From NCBI GenBank assembly GCA_937995735.1, contig CALKIZ010000012.1:51404-115403 (forward strand): a DNA stretch of 64,000 nucleotides, in the 5' to 3' direction. This DNA is from an uncultured Neomegalonema sp. Its GTDB lineage: Bacteria; Pseudomonadota; Alphaproteobacteria; Rhodobacterales; Rhodobacteraceae. The translations under genes and the position numbers were made by a program. The notes beneath the pieces were generated by a model, which was not told the origin of the DNA, did no database searches, and saw nothing but the letters and a program-made list of their open reading frames with translations. Positions 9,786 to 18,857 of this stretch are shown here, one piece after another (positions within the stretch are counted from its first letter, which is position 1; the number at the start of each line of letters is the position of its first letter).

Positions 9786-10663
9786 TCCAGAACCCTATTC
9801 CTTGGCCGAACGGCGCACGATGCGCTTGCGCAATCACCTTCGATATGGACGCGGATAGCCTGATCCATATCGCAAGGCCGGAAGATTCGTTTGATCGGGT
9901 CTATCCGATTTCAATGGGGCGGTATGGCCCAACCGTAGCCATGCCACGCATTCTGGAAACCTATCGACGCTTAGAATTGAAGCAATCTTTCTTCATTCCC
10001 GGTTGGTGTCTCGACACCTATCCCGATGTGGTGGATTCAATCCTGAAAGGCGGCCATGAGATTGGTCATCATGGATGGATACACGAAGACCCCATCACGA
10101 CCAAAGGCGACGCTCAGGAAGTGGCTTTCGAGCGCGCTATGGATGCGCATAAACGTCACTGCGGAGCCGCACCTGTGGGATACCGTGCGCCCGTCTACAA
10201 TGTGACACAGCAAGTCATTGATCTGCTGATCAAACATAATTTCCGTTATGACAGTTCTTTGATGGCCGATGATATTCCTTATGAGATGCAGACCTCTGAT
10301 GGCTCGCTCTACGAGATGCCGGTGCATTGGGGTACCGATGACTGGCCACCTTTCGCCCATTATGACGAGATCGGGTACATGATGCCTGTACGCGGCCCAT
10401 CAGCAGGACTGGCCGGATTTTGGGAAGAGTTTGAGGCACAATATGAAGCCGGTGGTTTCTTTATGCTGATCGTGCACCCATTCCTGACGGGCCGGCTGGC
10501 GCGCTGGCGCTTGGTCGAACAATGGTTGGAAAAAACACTTGAAACCCGCGATGTCTGGTTCGCCCCTTTACGGGAAATCGCAGATCATCTGGACGGGCTT
10601 AAAGCGGATGGATTTACGCCTCGTGTAGAGCAACTACCCTATTATGCCGGACCACAGAGCTGA
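9782..10663 (+). CDS. polysaccharide deacetylase (NodB-fold) family protein
   Basis: 293 aa. It shows FDMDAD...H.W.HE-type NodB motifs (ITFDMDADS, GHEIGHHGWIHE) and is coupled to the ATPase gene by ATGA. Confidence 0.7.
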   Translation: MIQNPIPWPNGARCACAITFDMDADSLIHIARPEDSFDRVYPISMGRYGPTVAMPRILETYRRLELKQSFFIPGWCLDTYPDVVDSILKGGHEIGHHGWIHEDPITTKGDAQEVAFERAMDAHKRHCGAAPVGYRAPVYNVTQQVIDLLIKHNFRYDSSLMADDIPYEMQTSDGSLYEMPVHWGTDDWPPFAHYDEIGYMMPVRGPSAGLAGFWEEFEAQYEAGGFFMLIVHPFLTGRLARWRLVEQWLEKTLETRDVWFAPLREIADHLDGLKADGFTPRVEQLPYYAGPQS

Positions 10664-10693
10664 CAGAACCGGCAAGTATGCGCGCGTTTTCCA

Positions 10694-11413
10694 CTAACCC
10701 AAATCTTTCGGCGTATCATCCAAGTCAAGAGCATAACCGGCAGAGCGTACAGTGCGGATAGGGTTCCGCGCGCCCTCTTGATTCAAAGCCTTACGCAATC
10801 GTCCGATATGGACATCGACGGTGCGCTGATCAATTTCCAGGTTTCCCTCCCACACCCGTTCCATGAGTTGATCACGGCTCCACACCCTCCCCGGCCTGCT
10901 AATCAAGACATTCAATAAACGATATTCAGTGGGGCCAAGGTCCAGCGCGATACCATTTCGCCAAACGCGCATTTTTTGTGGGTCAATCGTGATGTCCCCA
11001 TATTCTATCGCACTGCCATCTGATCCCGGCTCTGTCCGCCGCAACATCGCACGAGCGCGGGCAAGCAACTCAGCAATCGAATAAGGCTTCACCAGATAAT
11101 CATCTGCGCCACTATCAAGGCCACGAACTTTATCAGCTTCCTCTCCGCGCGCCGTCAACATGAGGATGGGCGTTTCTTTCGTTTCAGGATAGCGCTTGAG
11201 CTGTTTACAAAGTTCAAGACCTGAAAGGCCGGGCATCATCCAATCAAGGATGATCAGGTGCGGGCTTTCTTCACGCGCGACCAGCAACCCCTCATCACCA
11301 TCGACGGCAGAAAATGTGCGATACCCTGCATCCTCGAGATTATAGAGCAGCATTTCACGCTGTGCCGCTTCGTCTTCAACGATCAATACTTTCAGGCCAT
11401 TCGCATTCGACAT
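10694..11413 (-). CDS. phoB: phosphate regulon response regulator PhoB
   Basis: It has a receiver domain (LIVEDE...DWMMPG..G) and an OmpR-type winged helix (VDVHIGRLRKAL). It is the last gene of the pst-phoU block. Confidence 0.9.
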   Translation of the reverse strand: MSNANGLKVLIVEDEAAQREMLLYNLEDAGYRTFSAVDGDEGLLVAREESPHLIILDWMMPGLSGLELCKQLKRYPETKETPILMLTARGEEADKVRGLDSGADDYLVKPYSIAELLARARAMLRRTEPGSDGSAIEYGDITIDPQKMRVWRNGIALDLGPTEYRLLNVLISRPGRVWSRDQLMERVWEGNLEIDQRTVDVHIGRLRKALNQEGARNPIRTVRSAGYALDLDDTPKDLG

Positions 11414-11417
11414 TATT

Positions 11418-12122
11418 CTATCCGGCGATTTGGCTCGTCATATCACTTTTTGGACGGTCGCTTTCGGGAATAGACCCTGTTTCGAGATAGTGAATTTGCT
11501 CAGCGATAGAGGTGACGTAATCACCCATTCGCTCCAAGTTTTTCGCAATGAACAGCATGTGCATACAGGGCGTGATATTACTCGAAGATTCCATCATGTA
11601 GGTGAGCAACTCACGGAACAGCGTGTTATGCATGTGATCGACTTCTTCATCGCGCAGCAACAACTCATCAGCCATCGCAATGTCTTTGGAGACATATGCG
11701 TTGAGGACATCTGCGACCATAACTTGGACGAGTTTACTCATACGGTTGATGGTTTTTTCCGCCGAGACAATGCGCGTTGCTTCGTTCAAAACAAGAGAGC
11801 GTTTCGCGATATTTTTCGCATAATCGCCGATGCGTTCCAGATTGCCCGATACTTTAAGCGCACAGACGACACTACGAAGGTCACGTGCCATCGGTTGCCG
11901 CAAAGCCAGCGTGCGCAAGGTCAACTCATTCACGCGCGTCTCTAACGCATCAACAGATTTATCGTCTTTGCGGACCTTCGCCGCGAGTTCCTCATCGCGA
12001 TTACAGAGTGCCTGCATACTTTCCATGATTTGCGTTTCGACAATCCCGCCCATTTCTAGAATGAGATTTTCAATCTGCGCGAGTTCTTCATCAAATGATT
12101 TGACGATATGAGCGTTTGACAT
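11418..12122 (-). CDS. phoU: phosphate signalling complex protein PhoU
   Basis: 234 aa with two PhoU repeats carrying E/D..RIGD motifs (LERIGDYAKNIA, LERMGDYVTSIA). Confidence 0.9.
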   Translation of the reverse strand: MSNAHIVKSFDEELAQIENLILEMGGIVETQIMESMQALCNRDEELAAKVRKDDKSVDALETRVNELTLRTLALRQPMARDLRSVVCALKVSGNLERIGDYAKNIAKRSLVLNEATRIVSAEKTINRMSKLVQVMVADVLNAYVSKDIAMADELLLRDEEVDHMHNTLFRELLTYMMESSSNITPCMHMLFIAKNLERMGDYVTSIAEQIHYLETGSIPESDRPKSDMTSQIAG

Positions 12123-12139
12123 GACCTGTGCCTTTGCGT

Positions 12140-12940
12140 TCAGCCGATGCGACCGGTGATGTAGTTTTGCGTCCGTTCGTCTACAGGAGACGAAAATATT
12201 TGCTCAGTGGAGCCGAATTCGACCAGCTCTCCAAGGTGGAAGAATGCAGTTTTCTGAGAAACACGTGCCGCTTGCTGCATTGAGTGTGTCACGATGATAA
12301 TCGTATAACTCTCACGCAACTCATCAATCAAAGTTTCAATGGTCGCCGTTGCAATCGGGTCCAATGCAGAACAAGGCTCATCCATTAAAATAACTTTGGG
12401 CTGAACCGCAATCGCCCGCGCGATACAAAGGCGCTGTTGCTGCCCCCCGGATAATCCTGTCCCCGGCTGATCCAAACGATTTTTCACCTCCTCCCACAAA
12501 CCAGCCCGTGTCAGACTCGTCTCAACAATCTCCTGCATCTCAGCCTTAGGTGACGCAAGGCCGTGGATTTTGGGGCCGTAAGCGATGTTGTCGAAGATTG
12601 ATTTCGGAAACGGATTCGGTTTTTGAAAAACCATACCGATCCGTTGGCGCAACGATACGACATCCACTTCTGAATCGTAGATGTCTTGACCCGAAAATTC
12701 AAACGAACCGCTGACACGGCAAATAGGGATCACATCATTCATACGATTAAAACAGCGGAGCAATGTGCTTTTGCCGCAGCCGGACGGCCCGATGAAAGCG
12801 GTCACAGCGTTGGGTTGAATATCGACATTCACATCGATGATCGCTTGTTTTTCAGCGTAGAAAACTTGCCCGTTCCGCACCTTTAAAATCGGTGTCGCAG
12901 GCTGTTCACTTGCTTCGTTCATTGCCAAACTTTCTACCAC
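12140..12940 (-). CDS. pstB: phosphate ABC transporter ATP-binding protein PstB
   Basis: Walker [24 protein letters not shown] and ILMDEP are present, and the gene sits in pst context. An alternative ATG start lies at 12922. Confidence 0.92.
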   Translation of the reverse strand: MVESLAMNEASEQPATPILKVRNGQVFYAEKQAIIDVNVDIQPNAVTAFIGPSGCGKSTLLRCFNRMNDVIPICRVSGSFEFSGQDIYDSEVDVVSLRQRIGMVFQKPNPFPKSIFDNIAYGPKIHGLASPKAEMQEIVETSLTRAGLWEEVKNRLDQPGTGLSGGQQQRLCIARAIAVQPKVILMDEPCSALDPIATATIETLIDELRESYTIIIVTHSMQQAARVSQKTAFFHLGELVEFGSTEQIFSSPVDERTQNYITGRIG

Positions 12941-14211
12941 CGAATTTCCAGACGCCGCCGCAGATAAACGGCAGCAAGATTCATAATTACCAAGAAACCG
13001 AGCAAAACGAGAATCGCAGCAGACGTCTTTTCCATAAATCCCCGTTCAGGGCTGTCTGCCCAAAGAAAAATTTGTACTGGTAGCGCGGTTGCCGCTTCGG
13101 TCACACCGCCCGGAACATCCACAATAAACGCGACCATCCCGATCATAAGCAAAGGCGCGGTCTCGCCCAATGCTTGCGCCATCCCGATAATTGAACCCGT
13201 CAACATTCCCGGCATCGCAAGCGGGACGACGTGATGAAATGTTGTTTGAACTTTACTCGCCCCCAAACCAAACGCCGCTTCCCGAATTGATGGTGGCACA
13301 GCACGCAGCGATGATCTTGAAGCAATAATAATTGTGGGAAGGGTCATCAACGCTAGCACCATTCCACCTACCAATGGCGTCGAGCGCGGTAAGTTGAAAA
13401 CATTCAACAAGATCGCCAAGCCAAGCAGTCCATAAACAATCGACGGAACCGCCGCGAGGTTATTGATATTGACCTCGATAAATCTGTTGATACGGCCTTT
13501 TGCAGAAAATTCTTCGAGATAAACAGCCGCCAGAACACCAATAGGAAATGCCAACAGAAAACATATCAGAAGTGTCAATGCAGAACCGACAACAGCGCCC
13601 ATAATCCCGGCTTGCTCCGGTTCTCTCGAGTCGCCTCCCGTAAAGAACTGAGTGTTAAAGCGGCTCTCTATGCTTCCACTCGCCTTTAAGCTCTCAATCC
13701 AAGCGATTTGCTTATCATTCACGCGCCGTTGGCTTTCCTCCAATGATCCATCAATCGTGCCTTTCATATACTGATCGACATCACTGGATGCGCGCACCCA
13801 AAACGGATGAATGCCACCAACCAACGATGGATTAGCGGCGACTTGATCTCGAATGGAGTATTCGGCTGTGGAACTGATCAGTTTATAAAGCGACTTTTTA
13901 TCAGCTCGTTTTTTCGCATCAGGAAATTGCTCACGCAACGCCGATTTAAGCAGTTTTCCGTAACGAGCTTTGCGCAAGACTTCTGGATCGCGTGTCCCCT
14001 CAGGATCTAATTTTTCAGTGGGTAAATTGACTTCAATCTGCACAAAGGTTTGCTTGAACGCTGCGGTCCCACGCATGGTGATCGAACCGATCATAATCAG
14101 CAAAAAGCTCAAAGAAATCGCAATAGCAATCAGACCATACGCTCTAAATCGGGACTCGGCGCGGTGGCGCTTTGACCCTGCTGATTTCAGAATTATCGCG
14201 GACTCAGTCAT
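12934..14211 (-). CDS. pstA: phosphate ABC transporter permease PstA (long form with a large periplasmic loop)
   Basis: 425 aa. One N-terminal TM is followed by a soluble loop of about 180 aa and then a permease core. Its position lies between pstC and pstB. Confidence 0.88.
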   Translation of the reverse strand: MTESAIILKSAGSKRHRAESRFRAYGLIAIAISLSFLLIMIGSITMRGTAAFKQTFVQIEVNLPTEKLDPEGTRDPEVLRKARYGKLLKSALREQFPDAKKRADKKSLYKLISSTAEYSIRDQVAANPSLVGGIHPFWVRASSDVDQYMKGTIDGSLEESQRRVNDKQIAWIESLKASGSIESRFNTQFFTGGDSREPEQAGIMGAVVGSALTLLICFLLAFPIGVLAAVYLEEFSAKGRINRFIEVNINNLAAVPSIVYGLLGLAILLNVFNLPRSTPLVGGMVLALMTLPTIIIASRSSLRAVPPSIREAAFGLGASKVQTTFHHVVPLAMPGMLTGSIIGMAQALGETAPLLMIGMVAFIVDVPGGVTEAATALPVQIFLWADSPERGFMEKTSAAILVLLGFLVIMNLAAVYLRRRLEIRW

Positions 14212-15160
14212 ATTGTTCCTTGTAGCGATCCACGATGCGAAGGGCGACCACGTTCAGGCATAGTGTAATAACGAAAAGTAACAGACCCAGCGCAAAGGCT
14301 GAGAGGGTCTTAGCACTGTCAAATTCCTGATCGCCGGTCAGCAACGTGACGATCTGTACTGTAACTGTTGTCACCGCCTCCAAAGGATTGGCAGTTAACT
14401 TTGCGGCAAGGCCAGCGGCCATCACGACAATCATTGTCTCACCGATTGCCCGTGAAGTTGCCAACAGCAAGCTGCCTGCAATGCCTGGTGTTGCCGCCGG
14501 TAAAATGACTTGCTTGATCGTTTCGGCTTGTGTGGCCCCTAATCCATAAGAGGCATCGCGTAATGATTGCGGCACAGCATTGATGACATCATCAGACAAG
14601 GACGAGATTAAAGGAATGATCATTACGCCCATCGTCAATCCGGCTGCCAGAGCGCTTTCAGAGGATATTTCAAACCCCATACTCTCTCCTCCGTTTCGCA
14701 ACATGGGAGCAACAATCAATGCAGCGAAAAACCCGTAGACAACCGTGGGGATACCGGCGAGCAGCTCAAGCAATGGCTTTACAATGCCTCGGGTTCTTTC
14801 ATTGGCGTACTCGGCAAGATAGATGGCGGACATCAATCCCAGAGGCGTCGCGACAATCATCGCTATCGCACTGATGAGCAATGTACCAGCGATCAGAGGA
14901 ACTGCACCGAATGCTCCCGATGATCCCACCTGATCTGAACGCAGAGCTGTTTGCGGACTCCATTCAAGTCCAAACAGAAAATCCGTCAAAGGCACTTGTT
15001 GAAAAAACCGAAGCGCTTCAAATAGCAAAGAGGCAACAATTCCAATCGTCGTTGCCACCGCAACCAATGCACAGAAAATCAAAACGCAGCGCACTGCCAA
15101 TTCGACCAAACGGTTCTTTTGTCCGCGTGCAGCAATTGAAATGTCAGAAGAAACAGCCAA
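14204..15160 (-). CDS. pstC: phosphate ABC transporter permease PstC
   Basis: 318 aa polytopic permease. It overlaps pstA by 8 nt. Confidence 0.88.
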   Translation of the reverse strand: MAVSSDISIAARGQKNRLVELAVRCVLIFCALVAVATTIGIVASLLFEALRFFQQVPLTDFLFGLEWSPQTALRSDQVGSSGAFGAVPLIAGTLLISAIAMIVATPLGLMSAIYLAEYANERTRGIVKPLLELLAGIPTVVYGFFAALIVAPMLRNGGESMGFEISSESALAAGLTMGVMIIPLISSLSDDVINAVPQSLRDASYGLGATQAETIKQVILPAATPGIAGSLLLATSRAIGETMIVVMAAGLAAKLTANPLEAVTTVTVQIVTLLTGDQEFDSAKTLSAFALGLLLFVITLCLNVVALRIVDRYKEQYD

Positions 15161-15227
15161 GCGATTTCCCTTGATACAAGTCAGCCCGCCACGAGAGTGC
15201 GGCGGGCGGATGTGTTTCGTATGTCGA

Positions 15228-16271
15228 TTAAAGTTCTACAGGCGTGAGGTTCGTAACGGCATCAAGCACGTCTTCAACTTCTTCCTCCGTCAGCGGGATC
15301 AGACCTTTATCGCCAAGATAACCGTCTTCGCCGAAAGCATCTTCGCTGATAAATTCCTCAAGGAATTCCTCGATACCCGGAATGACACCGATATGGGCCT
15401 TTTTCACATAGACATAGAGAGAGCGCGAAATCGGGTAATTACCCTCCGCAATTTCGTCAAATTCAGGTTCGTTGCCTTCAACGATTGAACCCTGGATTTT
15501 ATCAGAGTTCTGATCGAGGAAGCTGAAACCAAAGATCCCAAACGCGGCGGGGTTTACTTCGAGTTTTTGAACGATCAGATTATCGTTCTCACCGGCTTCG
15601 ACAAACCCACCATCTTCCCGAATGGTATGGCATAGCGCCTTGTAAGCATTTTTATCAGACTTTTTGAGCGCCTTGATCCAGTCGATCTGTTTACAACCGC
15701 CTTCCATGGCAAGCTCTACGAAAGCATCGCGCGTGCCCGATGTTGGTGGCGGCCCAAGAACCTCGATTTTTACATCCGGCAGGTCAGGATTGACCTCTTT
15801 CCAGGACTTGTAAGCATTCGGTTTCGTCTTTCCCTCGCCTGCGGGAACGTCTTTAGCCAATGCGAGAAAAATATCTTTGCGGGTGAGTTCCATCACATCA
15901 GACTTGCGTGAATTCGCGAGGACGATCCCATCGTAACCAATCTTCACTTCAACAATCTCGTCTACACCATTCTTAGCACAAAGCTCGACTTCACTGGCTT
16001 TGATACGGCGCGATGCATTCGTGATGTCAGGAGTTTTCTCTCCAGTACCTGAACAAAATAGCTTCAAGCCACCGCCAGAGCCGGTTTGTTCTACAACCGG
16101 AGTTTTAAAATCTGTGTTTTTACCAAAGCGCTCTGCAACTGTTGTTGCAAAAGGAAAGACAGTCGAAGAACCAACAATCGTGATTTGATCGCGAGCATTT
16201 GCCGCTGTCGATGTCGCAAGAAGCGCAAACAAGGCAACGGAGACGCGGAGTTTCCCAAAAGTACGTGGCAT
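15228..16271 (-). CDS. pstS: phosphate-binding protein PstS
   Basis: I chose the ATG at 16271 (MPRTFGKLRVSVALFALLATSTAANA) because GAGGG lies 5 nt upstream. The longer track ORF would run into phoR and across the Pho box. The mature part (ITIVGSSTVFPF...GSGGG) is PstS/PBP-like. Confidence 0.85.
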   Translation of the reverse strand: MPRTFGKLRVSVALFALLATSTAANARDQITIVGSSTVFPFATTVAERFGKNTDFKTPVVEQTGSGGGLKLFCSGTGEKTPDITNASRRIKASEVELCAKNGVDEIVEVKIGYDGIVLANSRKSDVMELTRKDIFLALAKDVPAGEGKTKPNAYKSWKEVNPDLPDVKIEVLGPPPTSGTRDAFVELAMEGGCKQIDWIKALKKSDKNAYKALCHTIREDGGFVEAGENDNLIVQKLEVNPAAFGIFGFSFLDQNSDKIQGSIVEGNEPEFDEIAEGNYPISRSLYVYVKKAHIGVIPGIEEFLEEFISEDAFGEDGYLGDKGLIPLTEEEVEDVLDAVTNLTPVEL

Positions 16272-16342
16272 AAGACCCTCAATAGAGCTGTTCATCGTCA
16301 TTGTTGACAACACGAGACGTATCCTGTGCGCACAACGCTCAT

Positions 16343-16370
16343 ATGACAGTTTCACGACACTTATGTGACA
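16343..16370 (-). promoter_or_regulatory. Pho box: three TGTCAx direct repeats phased at 11 bp, upstream of pstS
   Basis: The minus strand reads TGTCACataagTGTCGTgaaacTGTCAT. The repeats start exactly 11 nt apart, 70-100 nt upstream of the pstS ATG. The element lies between the phoR stop codon (16390-16392) and the pstS start, inside the rejected N-terminal extension of the pstS track ORF. Confidence 0.7.
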
Positions 16371-16389
16371 CCACTTGCCGAGGCGGGGT

Positions 16390-17472
16390 TTATATCGGCA
16401 AACAGACAGTAAAAGTGCTGCCTTTTCCGACTTCACTCTCTATTTTGAGGCGGCCTCGGTGGTGTAGGATGATGTGTTTTACGATAGCCAAACCAAGGCC
16501 CGTTCCACCTTGACTGCGCGAACGGTGAGAATCGACGCGGTAAAATCGCTCAGTAAGCCGAGGCAAATGCTGCGGCGCGATACCATCCCCTATATCGGTA
16601 ACTCTGACTTCTACCGCAGGACCGGCAATGCCCACCGCACGCTGGCGTTTTGATAACTCCATCGCAACAACCGTTTTCGGCGCAGAATACTTGAGTGCGT
16701 TCTCGAGCAGGTTGCGAAAAACTTGCATTAATTCATCAGGATTTCCTGAGATTTCTTCGATAGGCTCAGACACAATCAAATCTATAGACTTCCCTTGTTC
16801 GCTTGCCTGATGTTCAAGAGCTTCTTGAACTTGCTTAGCGAGCGCAGTGATGTCCACGCGCGCATGTGGCACAGATCGCTCGTTCGCTTGAACCTTAGAC
16901 AAAGACAGCAGATCAGCAATCAAGCGAACCATTCGATCCGCCTCTTGTTCCATCAAGTCAAGAAACCGGACACGAGCTTTGGCATCGTCTTTAGCAGAGC
17001 CTTTCAATGTCTCGATGAAACCACTTATTGTCGATAATGGAGATCGCAGTTCATGGCTGACATTCGCAACAAAATCCGATCTCATCTCTTGAGCCAAAAG
17101 CACTTCGTTTATGTCGCGAAGGCTAATCAGCAATAAGTATTGACCGAGAGCGTCATCTTCAAACGGCGATACCTGAACGTCAAAGGGTCCATTTGCGGGT
17201 TCTCCAAAAACAATCGTTTGCTGCATCACTTCACGGCTTGCGAGCGCGGAGTCGATCAGTTCGATAAACTGCGGGTTACGGGTTAACTGAACAATATTTC
17301 TGCCTCGATTGTATTCACCAAACCGAACAGCAGCAGCGCGGTTCCCGAACACGACCTCGCGTAATTCGTTCAAGATCAGGACGGCTTCCTGAACAAAATC
17401 AAGGTGATCAAAGCGCTTTTCGACTATCACGGCACGTTCTCCGCTGTTTGCAAAATCGATATGCACGATCAA
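16390..17472 (-). CDS. phoR: phosphate regulon sensor histidine kinase PhoR (no transmembrane region)
   Basis: It has a PAS-like N-terminus, a DHp H-box (FVANVSHELRSPL) and a catalytic domain (GTGLGLAIVKHI). The reading frame closes at an in-frame TGA at 17548-17550, so no TM-encoding extension is possible. Confidence 0.85.
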   Translation of the reverse strand: MIVHIDFANSGERAVIVEKRFDHLDFVQEAVLILNELREVVFGNRAAAVRFGEYNRGRNIVQLTRNPQFIELIDSALASREVMQQTIVFGEPANGPFDVQVSPFEDDALGQYLLLISLRDINEVLLAQEMRSDFVANVSHELRSPLSTISGFIETLKGSAKDDAKARVRFLDLMEQEADRMVRLIADLLSLSKVQANERSVPHARVDITALAKQVQEALEHQASEQGKSIDLIVSEPIEEISGNPDELMQVFRNLLENALKYSAPKTVVAMELSKRQRAVGIAGPAVEVRVTDIGDGIAPQHLPRLTERFYRVDSHRSRSQGGTGLGLAIVKHIILHHRGRLKIESEVGKGSTFTVCLPI

Positions 17473-17559
17473 CAGGCATGAGTGAAAGCATTTTAAGAAA
17501 ATCCCGCAGTCTGTTGCAAAATTTGAAGATTTTTGAACATTGTACGTTCAATTTTGCTA

Positions 17560-17577
17560 TTGTCACATTGAAGTCAT
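17560..17577 (+). promoter_or_regulatory. Pho-box-like pair of direct repeats upstream of the repeat-protein gene
   Basis: TTGTCACattgAAGTCAT has two 7-mers 11 bp apart on the + strand. A TTTACT -10-like hexamer follows 9 nt downstream, then AGGAG and the ATG at 17620. Confidence 0.4.
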
Positions 17578-17619
17578 TTTTGTCCGTTTACTGACAGCCT
17601 CAAATTAGGAGTTCGAACC

Positions 17620-18729
17620 ATGCGCACTATCAAAGCTACTACTTTAGCCGTGTTGATTGCCGTACCCGGCGGCGTAAGCACTGTTTCAGCACAGCAAATC
17701 GATGCGACTCAAGCTATTGGCGGTGTCGTTGGTGCGGCTGCAGGCGGCCTTGTTGGCAACCAATTCGGCGGCGGCAGCGGCAGGACCGTCGCGACAATTG
17801 CCGGAGCGCTGGTTGGCGGCGTAGTCGGATCACAGGTCGCAAAGACCGTTGCGCCGAACTTCTATTCTGCCCAAGAGCCTTCCGGGTTCCAAACGCAGCA
17901 AGCGACCTATCAAACGCCATCAGCCTATCAAGGGCAAACTGCCTTCCAAACTCAGCAGACCGCCCTGCAAGCACCGGCTTCCTATCAGGGATTGACCACT
18001 TACCAGACAAGCCAGCCTACTTATCAAGCGCCATCTTCCTATCAAGGACAGACCGCTTTTGGGACGCAGCAAGCCGCTTATCAAGCACCGTCCACTTATC
18101 AGGGACAGACCGCTTTCGGAACGCAGCAAACCGCCTATCAAGCGCCGTCCTCCTATCAAGGACAGTCCGCTTTAGCTACGCAGCAAACCGCCTATCAAGC
18201 GCCATCTTCCTATCAAGGACAGACCGCTTTCGAAACGCAGCAAACTGCCTATCAAGCGCCGTCTTCCTATCAAGGACAGACCGCTTTCGAGGCGCAGCAA
18301 ACTGCCTATCAAGCGCCGTCGTCCTATCAAGGACAGACCGCTTTCGAGGCGCAGCAAACTGCCTATCAAGCGCCGTCTTCCTATCAAGGTCAGACCGCAT
18401 TCGAAACGCAGCAACCTACCTATCAAGCGCCGTCCAGCTATCAGGGACAAACTGCGTTCGGTACACAGCAACCTACCTATCAAGCGCCGTCTAGCTACCA
18501 AACACAGCAATCGGCTTTTTCTCAGGTTGAGCAGACGTATGCTACCCCAACATCGACGTACAATCAGTCGACAACTTATACGGCCCCGTCTGCACCATCC
18601 TATAACAGTTCATTTGCATCGGGTTCTGGTTCAACATATCAACCGGCAACTCGCCAAGTCGGAGCATATAGCAACAGTTCAGGTTCTACTTACGGTAGAT
18701 CAACAGCCGGGTCTTTCTACGGGAATTAA
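17620..18729 (+). CDS. secreted glycine-zipper protein with about 11 tandem 19-aa Q/Y/S/A/T-rich repeats
   Basis: It has a signal peptide (...VSTVSA|QQ) and a glycine zipper (GGVVGAAAGGLVGNQFGGGSGRTVATIAGALVGGVVG, of the 17-kDa antigen/SlyB type). Repeats of consensus TAFxTQQTAYQAPSSYQGQ follow. An AGGAG RBS precedes the gene and an intrinsic terminator follows it. Confidence 0.8.
   Translation: MRTIKATTLAVLIAVPGGVSTVSAQQIDATQAIGGVVGAAAGGLVGNQFGGGSGRTVATIAGALVGGVVGSQVAKTVAPNFYSAQEPSGFQTQQATYQTPSAYQGQTAFQTQQTALQAPASYQGLTTYQTSQPTYQAPSSYQGQTAFGTQQAAYQAPSTYQGQTAFGTQQTAYQAPSSYQGQSALATQQTAYQAPSSYQGQTAFETQQTAYQAPSSYQGQTAFEAQQTAYQAPSSYQGQTAFEAQQTAYQAPSSYQGQTAFETQQPTYQAPSSYQGQTAFGTQQPTYQAPSSYQTQQSAFSQVEQTYATPTSTYNQSTTYTAPSAPSYNSSFASGSGSTYQPATRQVGAYSNSSGSTYGRSTAGSFYGN
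17881..18510 (+). repeat. in-frame tandem repeat, 57-bp period, about 11 copies
   Basis: The unit cagcaaactgcctatcaagcgccgtcttcctatcaaggacagaccgctttcgaggcg recurs. The central copies (about 18170-18400) are almost identical at DNA level and the outer copies are degenerate. Confidence 0.9.
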
Positions 18730-18769
18730 GGCTGCCCTAACCTGACGGCTCTTTTGCAAAAATAATCAG

Positions 18770-18801
18770 GCCGCTATCATAATCGGATAGCGGCTTTTTT
18801 T
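18770..18801 (+). terminator. rho-independent terminator
   Basis: Stem GCCGCTATC/GATAGCGGC (9 bp, 7-nt loop) is followed by TTTTTTT, about 40 nt after the stop codon. Confidence 0.8.
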
Positions 18802-18857
18802 ATTGTCGAGAACATTGGGATTTCTAAACGTCTCTTGAGAACGGCTTACCCTAGAGA

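Noticed and set aside
17714-18510. Several repetitive minus-strand ORFs (98, 79, 112 and 74 aa)
   Set aside because: They are reverse-frame shadows of the 57-bp coding repeat, with Arg/Leu/Gly-rich periodic sequence. The + strand gene has a signal peptide, an RBS and a terminator.
17881-18510. CRISPR-like regular repeats
   Set aside because: The units are contiguous with no unique spacers, in frame within a CDS, and of 57-bp period. There are no cas genes. This is a coding tandem repeat.
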